In this document: positions 11,740-22,876 of the stretch, piece after piece
How positions within the stretch are numbered: the first letter of the stretch is position 1
How the letters are laid out: the number at the start of each line of letters is the position of its first letter
Origin: Macrostomum lignano
Taxonomy: Eukaryota
Direction of reading: 5' to 3'
Assembly: GCA_002269645.1 (NCBI GenBank)
Contig: NIVC01002077.1
Span: forward strand, 124,001 to 188,000
DNA: 64,000 nt
Made by a program: the position numbers and the translations under genes
The notes under the pieces: model-generated
The model's input: only the letters and a program-made list of their open reading frames with translations
Database searches by the model: none
Told to the model about the DNA's origin: nothing

Positions 11740-12356
11740 TCAGACCAAGCCGGCATCGAAGTTTGGGTCACGCCTGGCTGTCAGCCGGTTCAAGATGATT
11801 CGCCAATCTTGCTGCGCACCATGGGAGATGCGCATGGCTAGCAGAACTCTGGCGAGGACCTCCAGGTCGGGCCGCACCGTTTTGGGCAAGGCGTCAAGCG
11901 GCAGGCGAACACAGAGGGCGCCGGAGCGGACGGCCTGACGGGCCAAGGTCCGGTTCAGACCGCTGGTCCGATTGACAACGCAGGGCAGCACGTAGACAGC
12001 GTCGGGCCTCCAGCAGGTCAGTAGCTTCATCGCGTCCGGGGAGATGAAAATCAGAGCGCGGCCAGGCGGGGCCATCTCGCGCCAAGGACGCGATGTTCGA
12101 ACAAATTCTGTGGCTGGCGGCGGCGGCGACTGCAGCGCGCCGTCGAGACGGCGCTGGAGTCGGCCGTGTGGCGACAGGCCGCAGAGGGTCGGGAGGAACG
12201 GCAGGCCGTGCCGGCGGTTGCAGCGGAGGAGGCGGCGGAGCTGCGTGCCGACCTGGGAGCGGGGGTGGTGAGGATGGGGAGACTCGAAAACTGATTGGCA
12301 GCTGCTTCTGGGAGTGCTGGCAAGTGGAAGGAAAGAAGTCAGACAGACAGCCAGGC

Positions 12357-12392
<36 letters not shown>

Positions 12393-12430
12393 GGACAGGC
12401 ACAGGCAGGCAGGCAGGCAGACAGGCAGGC

Positions 12431-12479
<49 letters not shown>

Positions 12480-12506
12480 GGCAGGCAGGCAGATAGGCAG
12501 GCAGGC

Positions 12507-12579
<73 letters not shown>

Positions 12580-12624
12580 GGCAGGCAGGCAGACAGAGAC
12601 AGTCAGGCAGACAGACAGACAGGC

Positions 12625-12656
<32 letters not shown>

Positions 12657-12658
12657 AC

Positions 12659-12689
<31 letters not shown>

Positions 12690-12738
12690 GGCAGGCAGGC
12701 AGACAGAGACAGACAGACAGACAGACAGACAGGCAGGC

Positions 12739-12775
<37 letters not shown>

Positions 12776-12798
12776 GGCAGGCAGATAGGCAGGCAGGC

Positions 12799-12842
<44 letters not shown>

Positions 12843-12918
12843 GGACAGACAGACAGGCAGGCAGACAGGCAGGCAGGCAGAAAGACAGGCAGGCAGACAG
12901 ACAGACAGTCAGGCAGGC

Positions 12919-12971
<53 letters not shown>

Positions 12972-13088
12972 GGCAGGCAGGCAGACAGAGACAGTCAGGC
13001 AGACAGACAGACAGACAGGCAGGCAGACAGGCAGGCAGACAGGCAGACAGACAGACAGACAGACAGACAGACAGGCAGGCAGAAAGAA

Positions 13089-13123
<35 letters not shown>

Positions 13124-13416
13124 AAAACAGTCAGGCAGACACACAGACAGACAGGCAGGCAGACAGGCAGACAGGCAGGCAGGCAGACAGACAGACAGAC
13201 AGAAAGACAGTCAGGCAGACAGACAGACAGACAGAAAGACAGTCAGGCAGACACACAGACAGACAGACAGACAGGCAGGCAGACAGGCAGGCAGACAGGC
13301 AGGCAGGCAGACAGACAGACAGACAGACAGAAAGACAGTCAGGCAGACAGACAGACAGACAGAAAGACAGTCAGGCAGACACACAGACAGACAGACAGAC
13401 AGACAGGCAGGCAGGC

Positions 13417-13465
<49 letters not shown>

Positions 13466-15824
13466 GGCAGGCAGACAGACAGACTCATGCTACTCACGCT
13501 GAAGACATCCGCATAGCTAAGCTGCTCCTCCCAGGATGCGTCCAACAGCAGCGGCGGGCGCTCCTGCCAGTCCTTGGGCGTCTCCAAGCTGGACGACTCG
13601 GCCTCTTCGCCGACAGCGGCATCGGCGTCGTCCTCGTCGTGGCTATGGCGAATCGATCGCAGATTGTTTAGCAGCTCCAGACTGTCCGTAGCCGATAGTG
13701 CCTCGTGCCAGGCGTCCTCGTCGAACCGGTTGAGATCGGGGGCGACCTCTTGCAGCGGCGGCGAGTTGCAGATCATGGCCTGCGCCTGCGAAGTGTTAGC
13801 GTTTTATCACGAACTTTGCGGACACGAGCTCTGCTGGAATTGAATCCTGACCTTGACTGAACTCTGAATGCTGATTTTGACCTGAACTCTGAATCCTGAC
13901 CTTGACTGAACCCTGAATGCTGACCTTGATCTGAACTCTAAATCCTGACCTTAAATGAACCATGAATCCTAACTTTAAAATAAACCCTGAATCCTGACCT
14001 TAAATGAACCCTGAATCCTAACTTTAAAAAAAACACTGAATCCTGACCTTAAATGAACCCTGAATCCTAACTTTAAAATAAACCCTGAATCCTGACCTTA
14101 AATGAACCCTGAAACCTGACCTTAAATGAACCCCGAATCCTAACTTTAAAATAAACCCTGAAACCTGATCTTAAATGAACTTTTAAACCTGACCTTAAAT
14201 AAACCTTGAAACCTGACATTAAATGAACCCTGAAACCTGACCTTAAACAAACCTTTAATCTTGATCTTAAATGAACCCTGAATCCTGATCTTAAATGAAC
14301 CCTGAATCCTGACCTTAAATGAACCTTGAAACCTGACCTTAAATGAACCCTGAAACATGACTTTAAATGAACCCTGAAACCTGACCTTAAATAAACCCTG
14401 AAACGTGACCTCAAATAAACCTTGAATCCTGACTTTAAAGTCACAGAATTTCACCTGGATTGCCAGCACGCTGCTAATCAATGCCTGTCGGCGCTCCGCC
14501 TCCGGCCGGCTCATGTCCAGGGCGGCGGGGCAGACGCAGTCGAGCAGCGGCGACAGAATTCGCAGCATCCGCAGCCGGGCATTGGCGTTGGCTTTGTCCC
14601 GGCTGCTCTGCCACTGACGGCGCCAGACTTGACAACAACATTTCCACTGGCGCCCGAGTAGCGGCGCCTTTGCTGACAAGCGCTGAAACAGAAAATATGA
14701 GGCTGAAGTTTTTTTTTCCTTGAGCAGATTTAGAGTAGGAAAAAAGCAATTCAATCATTCTATCCAACGCCGATCTCTTGATATGGGTTGCCGGATTTGG
14801 TGCTAGGGATCGCTGATTCGAGTGCTAGGGAACGCTGATCCAGTTGCTAGGGAATGCTGATTCAGTTGCTAGGGAATGCTGATTCAGTTGCTAAGGAATG
14901 CTGATTCAGTTGCAAGGGAATGCTGATTCAGTTGCTAAGGAATGCTGATTCAGTTGCTAGGGAATGCTGATTCAGTTGCTAGGGAATGCTGATTCAGGTG
15001 CTAGAGAATACTGATTCAGGTGCTAAGGGTCGCTGATTCAGGTGCTAAGGGTCGCTGATTCAGGTGCTAAGGGTCGCTGATTCAGGTGATAAGGGTCGCT
15101 GATTCAGGTGATAAGGGCCGCTGATTCAGGTGATAAGGGCCGCTGATTCAGGTGATAAGGGCCACTGATTCAGGTGATAAGGGCCGCTGATTCAGGTGAT
15201 AAGGGCCGCTGATTCAGGTGATAAGGGCCGCTGATTCAGGTGATAAGGGCCACTGATTCAGGTGATAAGGGCCACTGATTCAGGTGATAAGGGCCGCTGA
15301 TTCAGGTGATAAGGGCCACTGATTCAGGTGATAAGGGCCGCTGATTCAGGTGATAAGGGCCGCTGATTCAGGTGATAAGGGCCACTGATTCAGGTGATAA
15401 GGGCCGCTGATTCAGGTGATAAGGGCCGCTGATTCAGGTGATAAGGGCCGCTGATTCAGGTGATAAGGGCCACTGATTCAGGTGATAAGGGTCGCTGATT
15501 CAGGTGCTAGGGAATGCTGATTCAGGTGTTTAAGGAGTGCTGATTCAGGTGCTAAGGAGTGCTGATTCAGGTGCTAAGGAGTGCTGATTCAGGTGCTAAG
15601 GAATGCTGATTCACGTGCTAAAGAATGCTGATTCAGGTGCTAGGGAATGCTGATTCAGGTGCTAAGGCTCGCTGATTCATCAGGTGCTAAGGCTCGCTGA
15701 TTCAGGTGATACGGGTCGCTGATTTGGTGCTAAGGAGTGCTGATTCAGGTGCTAAGGGGCGCTGATTCAGGTGATAAGTCGCTTTAAGCAGCTTTAAAAT
15801 GATTAACAGAACTGACTTGAACAT
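11740..15824 (-). CDS. TRMT10C: TRMT10C/MRPP1-like (mitochondrial RNase P protein 1, Trm10 SPOUT domain), divergent; 5' end needs a +1 correction or a downstream start
   Basis: Firm exons: 14682-14455, 13785-13498, 12252-11740; the two junctions between them are phase 0, GT-AG. The spliced segment [20 protein letters not shown]|[19 protein letters not shown]...LIFISPDA...[10 protein letters not shown]...RLPLD aligns to TRMT10C (PLVFDMAY...SQL...NRR..PF...YLTADS...VYVIGSFVD...LPLD). Probable exon 1 is 15824-15817 (ATGTTCAA|gtcagt). An alternative start is 14568 (MLRILSPLL). Confidence 0.78.
12338..13485. repeat. Compound (CAGA)n/(CAGG)n microsatellite, i.e. TCTG/CCTG on the sense strand of a TRMT10C-like intron
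   Basis: About 1.15 kb tetranucleotide tract. Confidence 0.97.
13845..14440. repeat. 24-bp minisatellite in a TRMT10C-like intron
   Basis: Unit AAATGAACCCTGAATCCTGACCTT, about 24 copies. Confidence 0.93.
14800..15780. repeat. 22-bp minisatellite (~44 copies), probably filling TRMT10C-like intron 1
   Basis: Unit GCTGATTCAGGTGATAAGGGCC and variants. Confidence 0.95.
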
Positions 15825-15930
15825 TAGTTTAACGTCTTCACATTATGAAACTTGGAATTAGTAAGACAGTGGTAAGATAAGCAAGGAAGTCAGCAAGAGC
15901 GCGTGTAAACTTATAATCAGCCATATGCGA

Positions 15931-15936
15931 TTTATT
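15931..15936 (-). promoter_or_regulatory. Putative poly(A) signal (AATAAA) of the aminotransferase-like gene
   Basis: About 90 bp after the stop at 16028 and about 107 bp before the candidate TRMT10C-like ATG at 15824. Confidence 0.55.
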
Positions 15937-16027
15937 TATGTAAAAATGCACTAACATAGTGCTTATAAGTACTACTGACACGAATTATGAAGCAAAAAAT
16001 CCTACGATGCTACTATGTAAAAGTAGT

Positions 16028-18387
16028 TTATTCTGCGTATCGTTCCAGCAAGCTCCGATGAAAGGCAATCAGACGATTCAATCGTTCGAGTAGAACTTGT
16101 TCCGAGCATTTGATGCTGATGCTCCGCCCTCTCCTCCGCTACCCCCTCCGCCCTCTCCTCCGCTACCCCCTCCGCCCTCTCCTCCGCTACCCCCTCCGCT
16201 ACCCCCTCCGCCCTCTACTCCGCTACCCCCTCCGCCCTCTCCTCCGCTACCCCCTCCGCCCTCTACTCCGCTACCCCCTCCGCCCTCTCCTCCGCTACCC
16301 CATCCGCCCTCTCCTCCGCTACCCCCTCCGCCCTCTACTCCGCTACCCCCTCCACCCTCTCCTCCGCTACCCAGTCTCTTCAGCTACTCATGGCCGTCAT
16401 TGGCATCGCTGGCACGCAGATAAAAATCGCAAACCTAACAAAGAAGCCTCCGTCCGCAAGGCGCGGCTTGAGGCCAAAGTGGCTCCCTGGAAGCAGCCAG
16501 TTGTGGCAGTCTTTATCGGCAACAACTTGCAGAGCAGCCCGGCAATAGGCGGCATCGGCAGGCTCGGCGGCGGAGACACTTCTCAGCCAGCCAGCCGGCG
16601 GTCCGGCCATCATCGGGCAGATTCGACCGCCTGCGCTAGGCATCGGCGCCAAAATTGCCGCGCCAGATTCGAGCAGGGCGCGCCCAGTCAGGGCGGCTTT
16701 TCGTCGAAGCGAACCAGCGGCGGCTGCCAACTCGACGGCAAAGCCAGCGTGCGACGGACTGTCCGGACCGGGCGGGGTCGACACGGACATGGCTAGGGCG
16801 GCCTGGCCGAGCACAGGCGGACAGGAGGTACAGGACAGCACAGCCAGCAGCGCCGCCTTGGCAGTCGGGTGCAAATTTAGCAGCTCGCAGAAACCAGCGC
16901 GAAGTCCGGGATCGCCGCCACCGCACAGACCTGACGGTGGCGCGCAGGTTTCAAGTTGTAAGCCGCCTGTCCGCTATTCTCATCTGCCTGTCCATCACCC
17001 TCAACTGCCTGTCCACTACCCTCATCCGCCTGTCCGCTATTCTCATCTGCCTGTCCATCACCCTCAACTGCCTGTCCGCTACCCTCATCTGCCTGTCCGC
17101 TACCCCCATCTGCCTGTCCGCTACCCTCATCTGCCTGTCCGCTACCCTCATCCGCCTGTCCGCTATTCTCATCTGCCTGTCCATCACCCTCAACTGCCTG
17201 TCCGCTACCCTCATCTGCCTGTCCGCTACCCCCATCTACCTGTCCGCTACCCTCATCTGCCTGTCCGCTACCCTCATCCGCCTGTCCGCTACCTTAATCG
17301 CTTGTACCTTCGCTAAGCGAGGTCACCGAGGCGACTTCAAGCGGCGGCAGGTCGGGCCGCGCCGCCTGCTGCTCAAGGACCAATTGGCGAAATCCGACGA
17401 ACTGCTGCTCGTTGTAGAACTGGGCGAACTGCAGAGTCTCGTCGGAAATCACAAACAGTCGGCGACGGCGAGCAAAATCGGCGGCGAGCTGCAGGGAGGC
17501 AGCCGTCAGCAGCTGGCCGGTGGGGCGGCCGGGGTTCAGCAGCACCAGAATGCGCGGCTCACCGCCTGCCTCCACAGCTGACTGAAAGCGAATGCGGATG
17601 TGATTTGCACAACACAATACTACTTACTGAGTAGTTAAAGCCTTAAAGTGGCGCAGAGATCCCTTAGTAACAGACGGTGACAGGGGCGCCAGGGGCTCCA
17701 CGGGTGCGAAAGAGTGACCGACTACAGGGATATGCCAGACGGTGACAGGGACTACACAGGGATGCCAGACGGTGACAGGGACTACACAGGGATGCCAGGT
17801 GACAGGGACTACAGGGATGCCAGAAGGTGACAGGGACGAACACGACTGACCCGATAGGCGGCCTCTAGCTCGGTCTCGGCCAGCTGCCAGCCAGCAGTCG
17901 GTGGCGCGGTCAGCCTGTACGGTACCGGCAGGACGCCGACCTGATGGGCGAAGGCGGCGTACATTGACCGGCCTGGCGCCGGAATCAGCGCCGCCGCCGG
18001 TTTCGATTGTCTGCGACCGAAGCCTTCGAGTAGCAGGCGGACGGCTTCGGCGGAGCCGCAGGTCACCATGACGTCATCGACTTGGCTGGCGCCGCCGTCG
18101 CGCCTAGCGAGAAAATCGGCGCACAGCTGCCTGACGGCGAACTGGCCGCCAGTGTGCGTGTAGGAGCCCAGGCTGGCGCCGGGGAACTCAGCTAGCAGGC
18201 GTTTGGCCATAGCGACAACATCGGCCGGGTAGCAACCAGCGCCCGACCTGGCCAGCAAGCCCGGGTCCAGCATCAGGGCCAGGACCTGTCTCAGATAAGT
18301 CAGCGGCTTTGACTCGCCCTTATCTGCCTGTTGACTCTGGCCAGCCAAACTGGCAGACTCAACTGATGCCGCCATTTTGTTCAACAG
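16028..18387 (-). CDS. Alanine aminotransferase (GPT/ALT)-like class I PLP-fold protein, highly divergent, catalytic Lys replaced by Glu
   Basis: Exons 18387(or ATG 18375)-17851, 17581-17308, 16930-16435, 16115-16028; phases 0,1,2; about 460 aa from ATG 18375. It is collinear with ALT1: KPLTYLRQVLAL, LGSYT, RRDGG, LNPGRPTGQ, ISDETLQ, SLSEG...GLRAG, CPPVLGQA, LLPGSHFG, C-terminal LERLNRLIAFHRSLLERYAE. The last intron boundaries are less certain. Confidence 0.82.
16120..16372. repeat. 24-bp minisatellite in the last intron of the ALT-like gene
   Basis: Unit CCGCCCTCTCCTCCGCTACCCCCT, about 10 copies. Confidence 0.93.
16965..17292. repeat. 21-bp minisatellite in an ALT-like intron
   Basis: Unit CCGCTACCCTCATCTGCCTGT, about 15 copies. 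Confidence 0.93.
17670..17835. repeat. ~30-bp minisatellite in an ALT-like intron
   Basis: GGTGACAGGGACTACACAGGGATGCCAGAC, about 5 copies. Confidence 0.85.
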
Positions 18388-18660
18388 CTGACAAGCTTTT
18401 TCTAACTATAGCTGTGCTTCTGGAAACTTTTAAATGTTAAAATGACAAAAGTAACAAGGGGCGCCCACTGCAAGTGGACTTACTAAATAAGCTAAGATAA
18501 GGCCAGAAGTGATCTGAGGTCAAAGACCGGCTGACCTTTATTTATGTCAATGCTACAATAAATACAGAGTGGTGTTAAGCTTGTTTATTCCAATACTTTG
18601 CTCTAGACATTACAAACCAGTTTGAACTAGTTCTGTGACTTTTATCTCTTGCCGACTTAC

Positions 18661-18687
18661 CAGATCCAGGGTCTGAGAATTATGCAG
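18661..18687 (-). CDS. Probable small upstream exon of the ALT-like gene ((LHNSQ)TLDL)
   Basis: A perfect GTAAGT donor lies at 18660-18655 and joins in phase 0 to the acceptor at 18388. The product TLDLLLNKMAASVESASLAG resembles ALT1 TLDGMNPRVRRVEYAVRG. The acceptor may be at 18688 or 18673. The start codon is unresolved. Confidence 0.45.
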
Positions 18688-18894
18688 CTTTCAAAATTCA
18701 GAAGAACTTCGTTAAGAAAGATAATGCTGACAGACTTCAACCAGCATTGAAGTTGAAGTCTGTCTATAGAGACTCATAAACCATAAGCTCAAAATAGCAA
18801 ACTGGGGTTGGTCTGATGAGTTATTACTTTGTCTGTTAATGACCTTGGTGAATCTGCAGCTACAGTGTCAGTCTGGTTGTATTGACAACTGGAA

Positions 18895-19320
18895 TCCTGG
18901 AATCCCTGTTCCCTCTATAGCACCCTTGGAATTCCTGTTCCCTTTAAATCACCTCTGGAATCCCTGTTCTCTATAGCACCCTTGGAATCCCTATTCCCTT
19001 AAAATCAACCTTGAAATCCCTGTTCCCTCTATAGCACCCTTGGAATCCCTGTTCCCTTTAAATCACCTCTAGAATCCATGTTCCTTTTAAATCACCTCTG
19101 GAATTCCTGTTCCCTGTATAGCACCCCAGGAATCCCTGTTCTCTATAGCAACCCCTGGAATCCTATTCTTTCTATAGCACTCCTAGAATCCCTATTCCCT
19201 TAAAATCAACACTTGAAATCCCTGTTCTTTTTATGGTATCCCTAGAATATATGTTCCCTTTATAGCATCCCTAGACTAGAATCTCTGTTCTCTCTATAGC
19301 ACCCTGGGAATCCCTGTTTC
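18895..19320. repeat. Degenerate ~29-bp tandem repeat
   Basis: GGAATCCCTGTTCCCTCTATAGCACCCTT-like units. Confidence 0.85.
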
Positions 19321-22140
19321 CTCTATAGTAAAAGGTATTCTAAAATTTTGACTTTGATTTTAATTTTCCAAATTTTAGAATCTTCAAGTGCATATGTTGA
19401 TTTTGATTTTGATATAAAATACACTTTTGGAACATCTCTACTCTAATATACTTAGAACCCCCAAAAGAGATTTTTATATTGTGATTATCTCTATTTAGCA
19501 TATACTAGCATATCCCTAAAGCAAATCCCTTTGTGTGGTAATTAGCCAAGATGCATAAATGGCTTGTATTTCAGCTTTGGCATACTATGCTATCTCTTAT
19601 TTCAGGAATATTTGTTTGACTTCTATACTTGGTAGAACTAGTTATTCATATACTTAGCAATGCTGGGACCTATCTTATTTAAGGCTATCATAAACTATAA
19701 TTTATAAAGATATAACATACATGTGCTACAAAATTACTTTTTGTTTTCTAAAAATGAACATTTAAAAGGGATGAAGCTTTAATAATAAATGGAATTTCTA
19801 ATCTGCAAATTATATTTTACCCTAAAATTTCAATAAATAAATACCAATAGCTTATTACTATTGTCATTATTATTCTGTTTTGAAAATAAAGTAGTTAATG
19901 GCTATTTAAGAAGTCCTACTTAAGTTTTCCACTCCCAAATCTTACATATATGCCAGAAAATTCTATTATACAATTAACTTGAAAAAATGGTTGGCATAAA
20001 GTATTTAGCATATAGAACAATCTGCTAGAAAATTGCACCATAGAGCCAGCATATGGTATGGCATAGCTATTGGTATATTTTTGATAATGTCTTGTATATA
20101 TATCATGAGTAAATTTGTTTTTTGGCATAAATTTGATTTTATGGTGTAGGCCAGTAGGGGGTCATTTTAAAGAAAAAAATATCATACTTAATAGTTTTAT
20201 GAGTGCAGCTAGAGTAAAAATTTTAAATTTAAGAATGATAATAAATTTTAACATAGACTGTTAAAGGTAAAAAATGCATATGTTTTCATTACTTATGCTT
20301 GCAGCTTGTCTTGTCTTATCTAAATTTTTTATCTTGGGACTTGGGACTTAAAATTATATTGAGAATAAAATTTTTATATTGAGAATAAATTTTTAGCCTA
20401 ATATTGGTAATAATATAATGTCTCATTGTTTCAATTTCAACTTCGTTTTTTATGTTTTGCTAAATAAAATACTCATTATGATGCTCTTTTTTTAAGCTCC
20501 ACTATTCTAGGCCTATCCGAACTATCAATATACAATTATACACATATTGTTTTAAGGTTATTTGTTAGTGATAGCATAGTAGAACTTTGAAAAAAGAAAC
20601 TATGATAACCTTAACCTTTCTCGGTCATATAACCTATATTACAGTTTATAATATTATATGTAACCTATCATGGCCATGGATATGGTCACTAATAAAAAAC
20701 AAAAAAATAGTTGCTCAATTATTTTTCGCTTGACAAATTTATATACAATAAATAATATTGGATAAAGGATCATATAAAAAAACAATAGGCTAGACCAAGG
20801 ATCACAATACATAAACAAAATAAGGCCTAGCAGTCAAAGAAAAAAAAATTTTAAAGATCAAAAACAGAATGCCAAAATGCATACAATATCGAGCAACAGC
20901 AATCATTCAAATGAATTTCAAAAGGCAAGTTCTAACGTTTCTTAGGAAATTATATAATTGAACGTAATATTTACTGCCGTGCATTTTTAACTACAATTAA
21001 TAATAAATACTTCAAAAGGCTTTTATATGAAATAAAGTGCAAAAATTGAATTAAAATAAATAATTCTTATAGTTTAAAAAAGTTTTCAAACGCATTTTAC
21101 TAAACATAATTTCGTTTTGTTACTGAGGTTGTGAAGCCTTTAATTTATTGCATACACACTTGTGGACTCCACTCTTTTAGTTTGGGCAAGTATAATAAAA
21201 TTTTGAAAATAAATGTACACAGCAGTGTAATAGTGTACAAAGTGGCTAGCTTGTTGCTAAGTAAGCACTACACAATATTTTTGTTCGGCTTTCCAAACTT
21301 AAACTATTGTCGTCTTTATTTATTAGAAATAAATATCTCCGTGTCAAAATCCCGTGAATTCGTTCGTTTTATATTTTATATCTCGAGTTTGTTCCTTCTT
21401 TCCATCATTTAGCCTTAATAGGCCCCTATTTCTAATGCTCGTTTCAATTTTTGTTGGACACTCACAAAAAATTAATTAGTGAATAGGCCTAGCCTACTAT
21501 ATCCTTTAGTTTAGTTTTAAATTTAAAAAATAAATTCAAGTTTTTGATTGGTTCAATTTTTGGACAATGTTCAAGGACTAGGCCTACTACTACCTTGACT
21601 TTTAATTAAAGGGCCTTACTTTACTAAGGTAGTAAGGAACTAAGTTGCCCTTGATCATCTTCGTGCTTTTTACTATTAGTATTAGGCCAAAACCTGTGTA
21701 ATGTTTTCTGTGTAGGCCTAAGGATAGGTAGGCCTAGGTGCTTATTTTCAAAATTTATATTATATTACACATAATTTTGACTTTTTGTCACACTCTTTAG
21801 TTATTTGTTTTAGTCTATTTAATTAACCTGGTCTTGCTTTTATATCAAGCTAGAGCTAGAATAAAGGTGGCCCCTTAGTGCAAAGTCTATTTATTTATTG
21901 ACTAGGCCTAGGCCTAGGCCTACTCTAACATACTAAAGCTGATTCAAGGCATATCCAAAGAAAAAAATAATTGAAGTTGTGTTAATTGAATAATTGCATT
22001 TGCATTTTTCATTTTGAGATATAATTTATCTTAGCTAATTTAAAAATTTTTAATAGGTCCTAAGCCTATGTTATAATATTAGGACCTAGGCCTAGAAATA
22101 AAACCTTTAACCGTTAGACCCATGGCCATAGACCCTAGCC

Positions 22141-22876
22141 AAATGCAATCCACTTCAATAACAGCCAATTTGGTAACAACCACTTTGGTAACAGAAAATG
22201 ACCATTTTGGTTACAGCCATTTAGGTAACAAAAATAGCCACTTCAATATCAATAACAAGGCATATTTACAACTATTAATACTTTAATTTTTATAGTAATT
22301 AAGTTTAGCAATAATCAGTTTAATAATTAACATCTCAAATATCTGATTGCTACGTATAGTTAAATTTTCTAGTTAAACTATATTATAATTCATTTAAACT
22401 TATATAGGCAGTAGACTTATTAGCTGCAAACATTTTGAAGACAAAGAAAATTAAGCAAAGCATTGCATACATTGAAATTTAAAGTTTAAAATAATTAATA
22501 AGGAAAAAGTAAATTCTGTAATTTTAAGTTGCTTTTTGCTAACTAGATCAGAGTTTCCAATATACATTGTACATAATATTTGGTTAATTACAGGATGTCT
22601 CTGTGTATGTATCTGACTGACTTATCAAAAAATTAAAATAGATTAGTTAAAACACTTTTAAACAAGTTAAAAACATGTAGGTACATATGTGTTTTGTCAT
22701 TTTTTCTTTAAAGTTTGTTTGCGTATTCTGTTGAAGCATCAAATAATATATTTTATTATTCTCACTTGTAACTTAACCAAAGTGGCTGTTACCAAAATGG
22801 CTATTACCAACATGGTCATTTTTTATTATCAAAGTGGCTATTATCAAAATGGCTATTATTGAAATGGACTGTTACC
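22141..22876. mobile_element. Degenerate MITE-like element with ~90-bp inverted ends and a candidate 8-bp TSD
   Basis: 22146-22230 aligns to the reverse complement of about 22780-22871 (CCATTTTGGTAACAGCCAC-type subrepeats). CCCTAGCC sits symmetrically at 22133-22140 and 22877-22884. The outer 5 bp are mismatched. Confidence 0.6.

Noticed and set aside
12093-13671. RQTDRQ ORFs on the plus strand (also 25910-26556 on the minus strand)
   Set aside because: They are antisense readings of tetranucleotide microsatellites in introns.
14455-16435. ALT-TRMT10C fusion protein
   Set aside because: The ALT-like gene has its own homologous last exon, stop (16028) and AATAAA (15931), and a separate candidate ATG exon exists at 15824.
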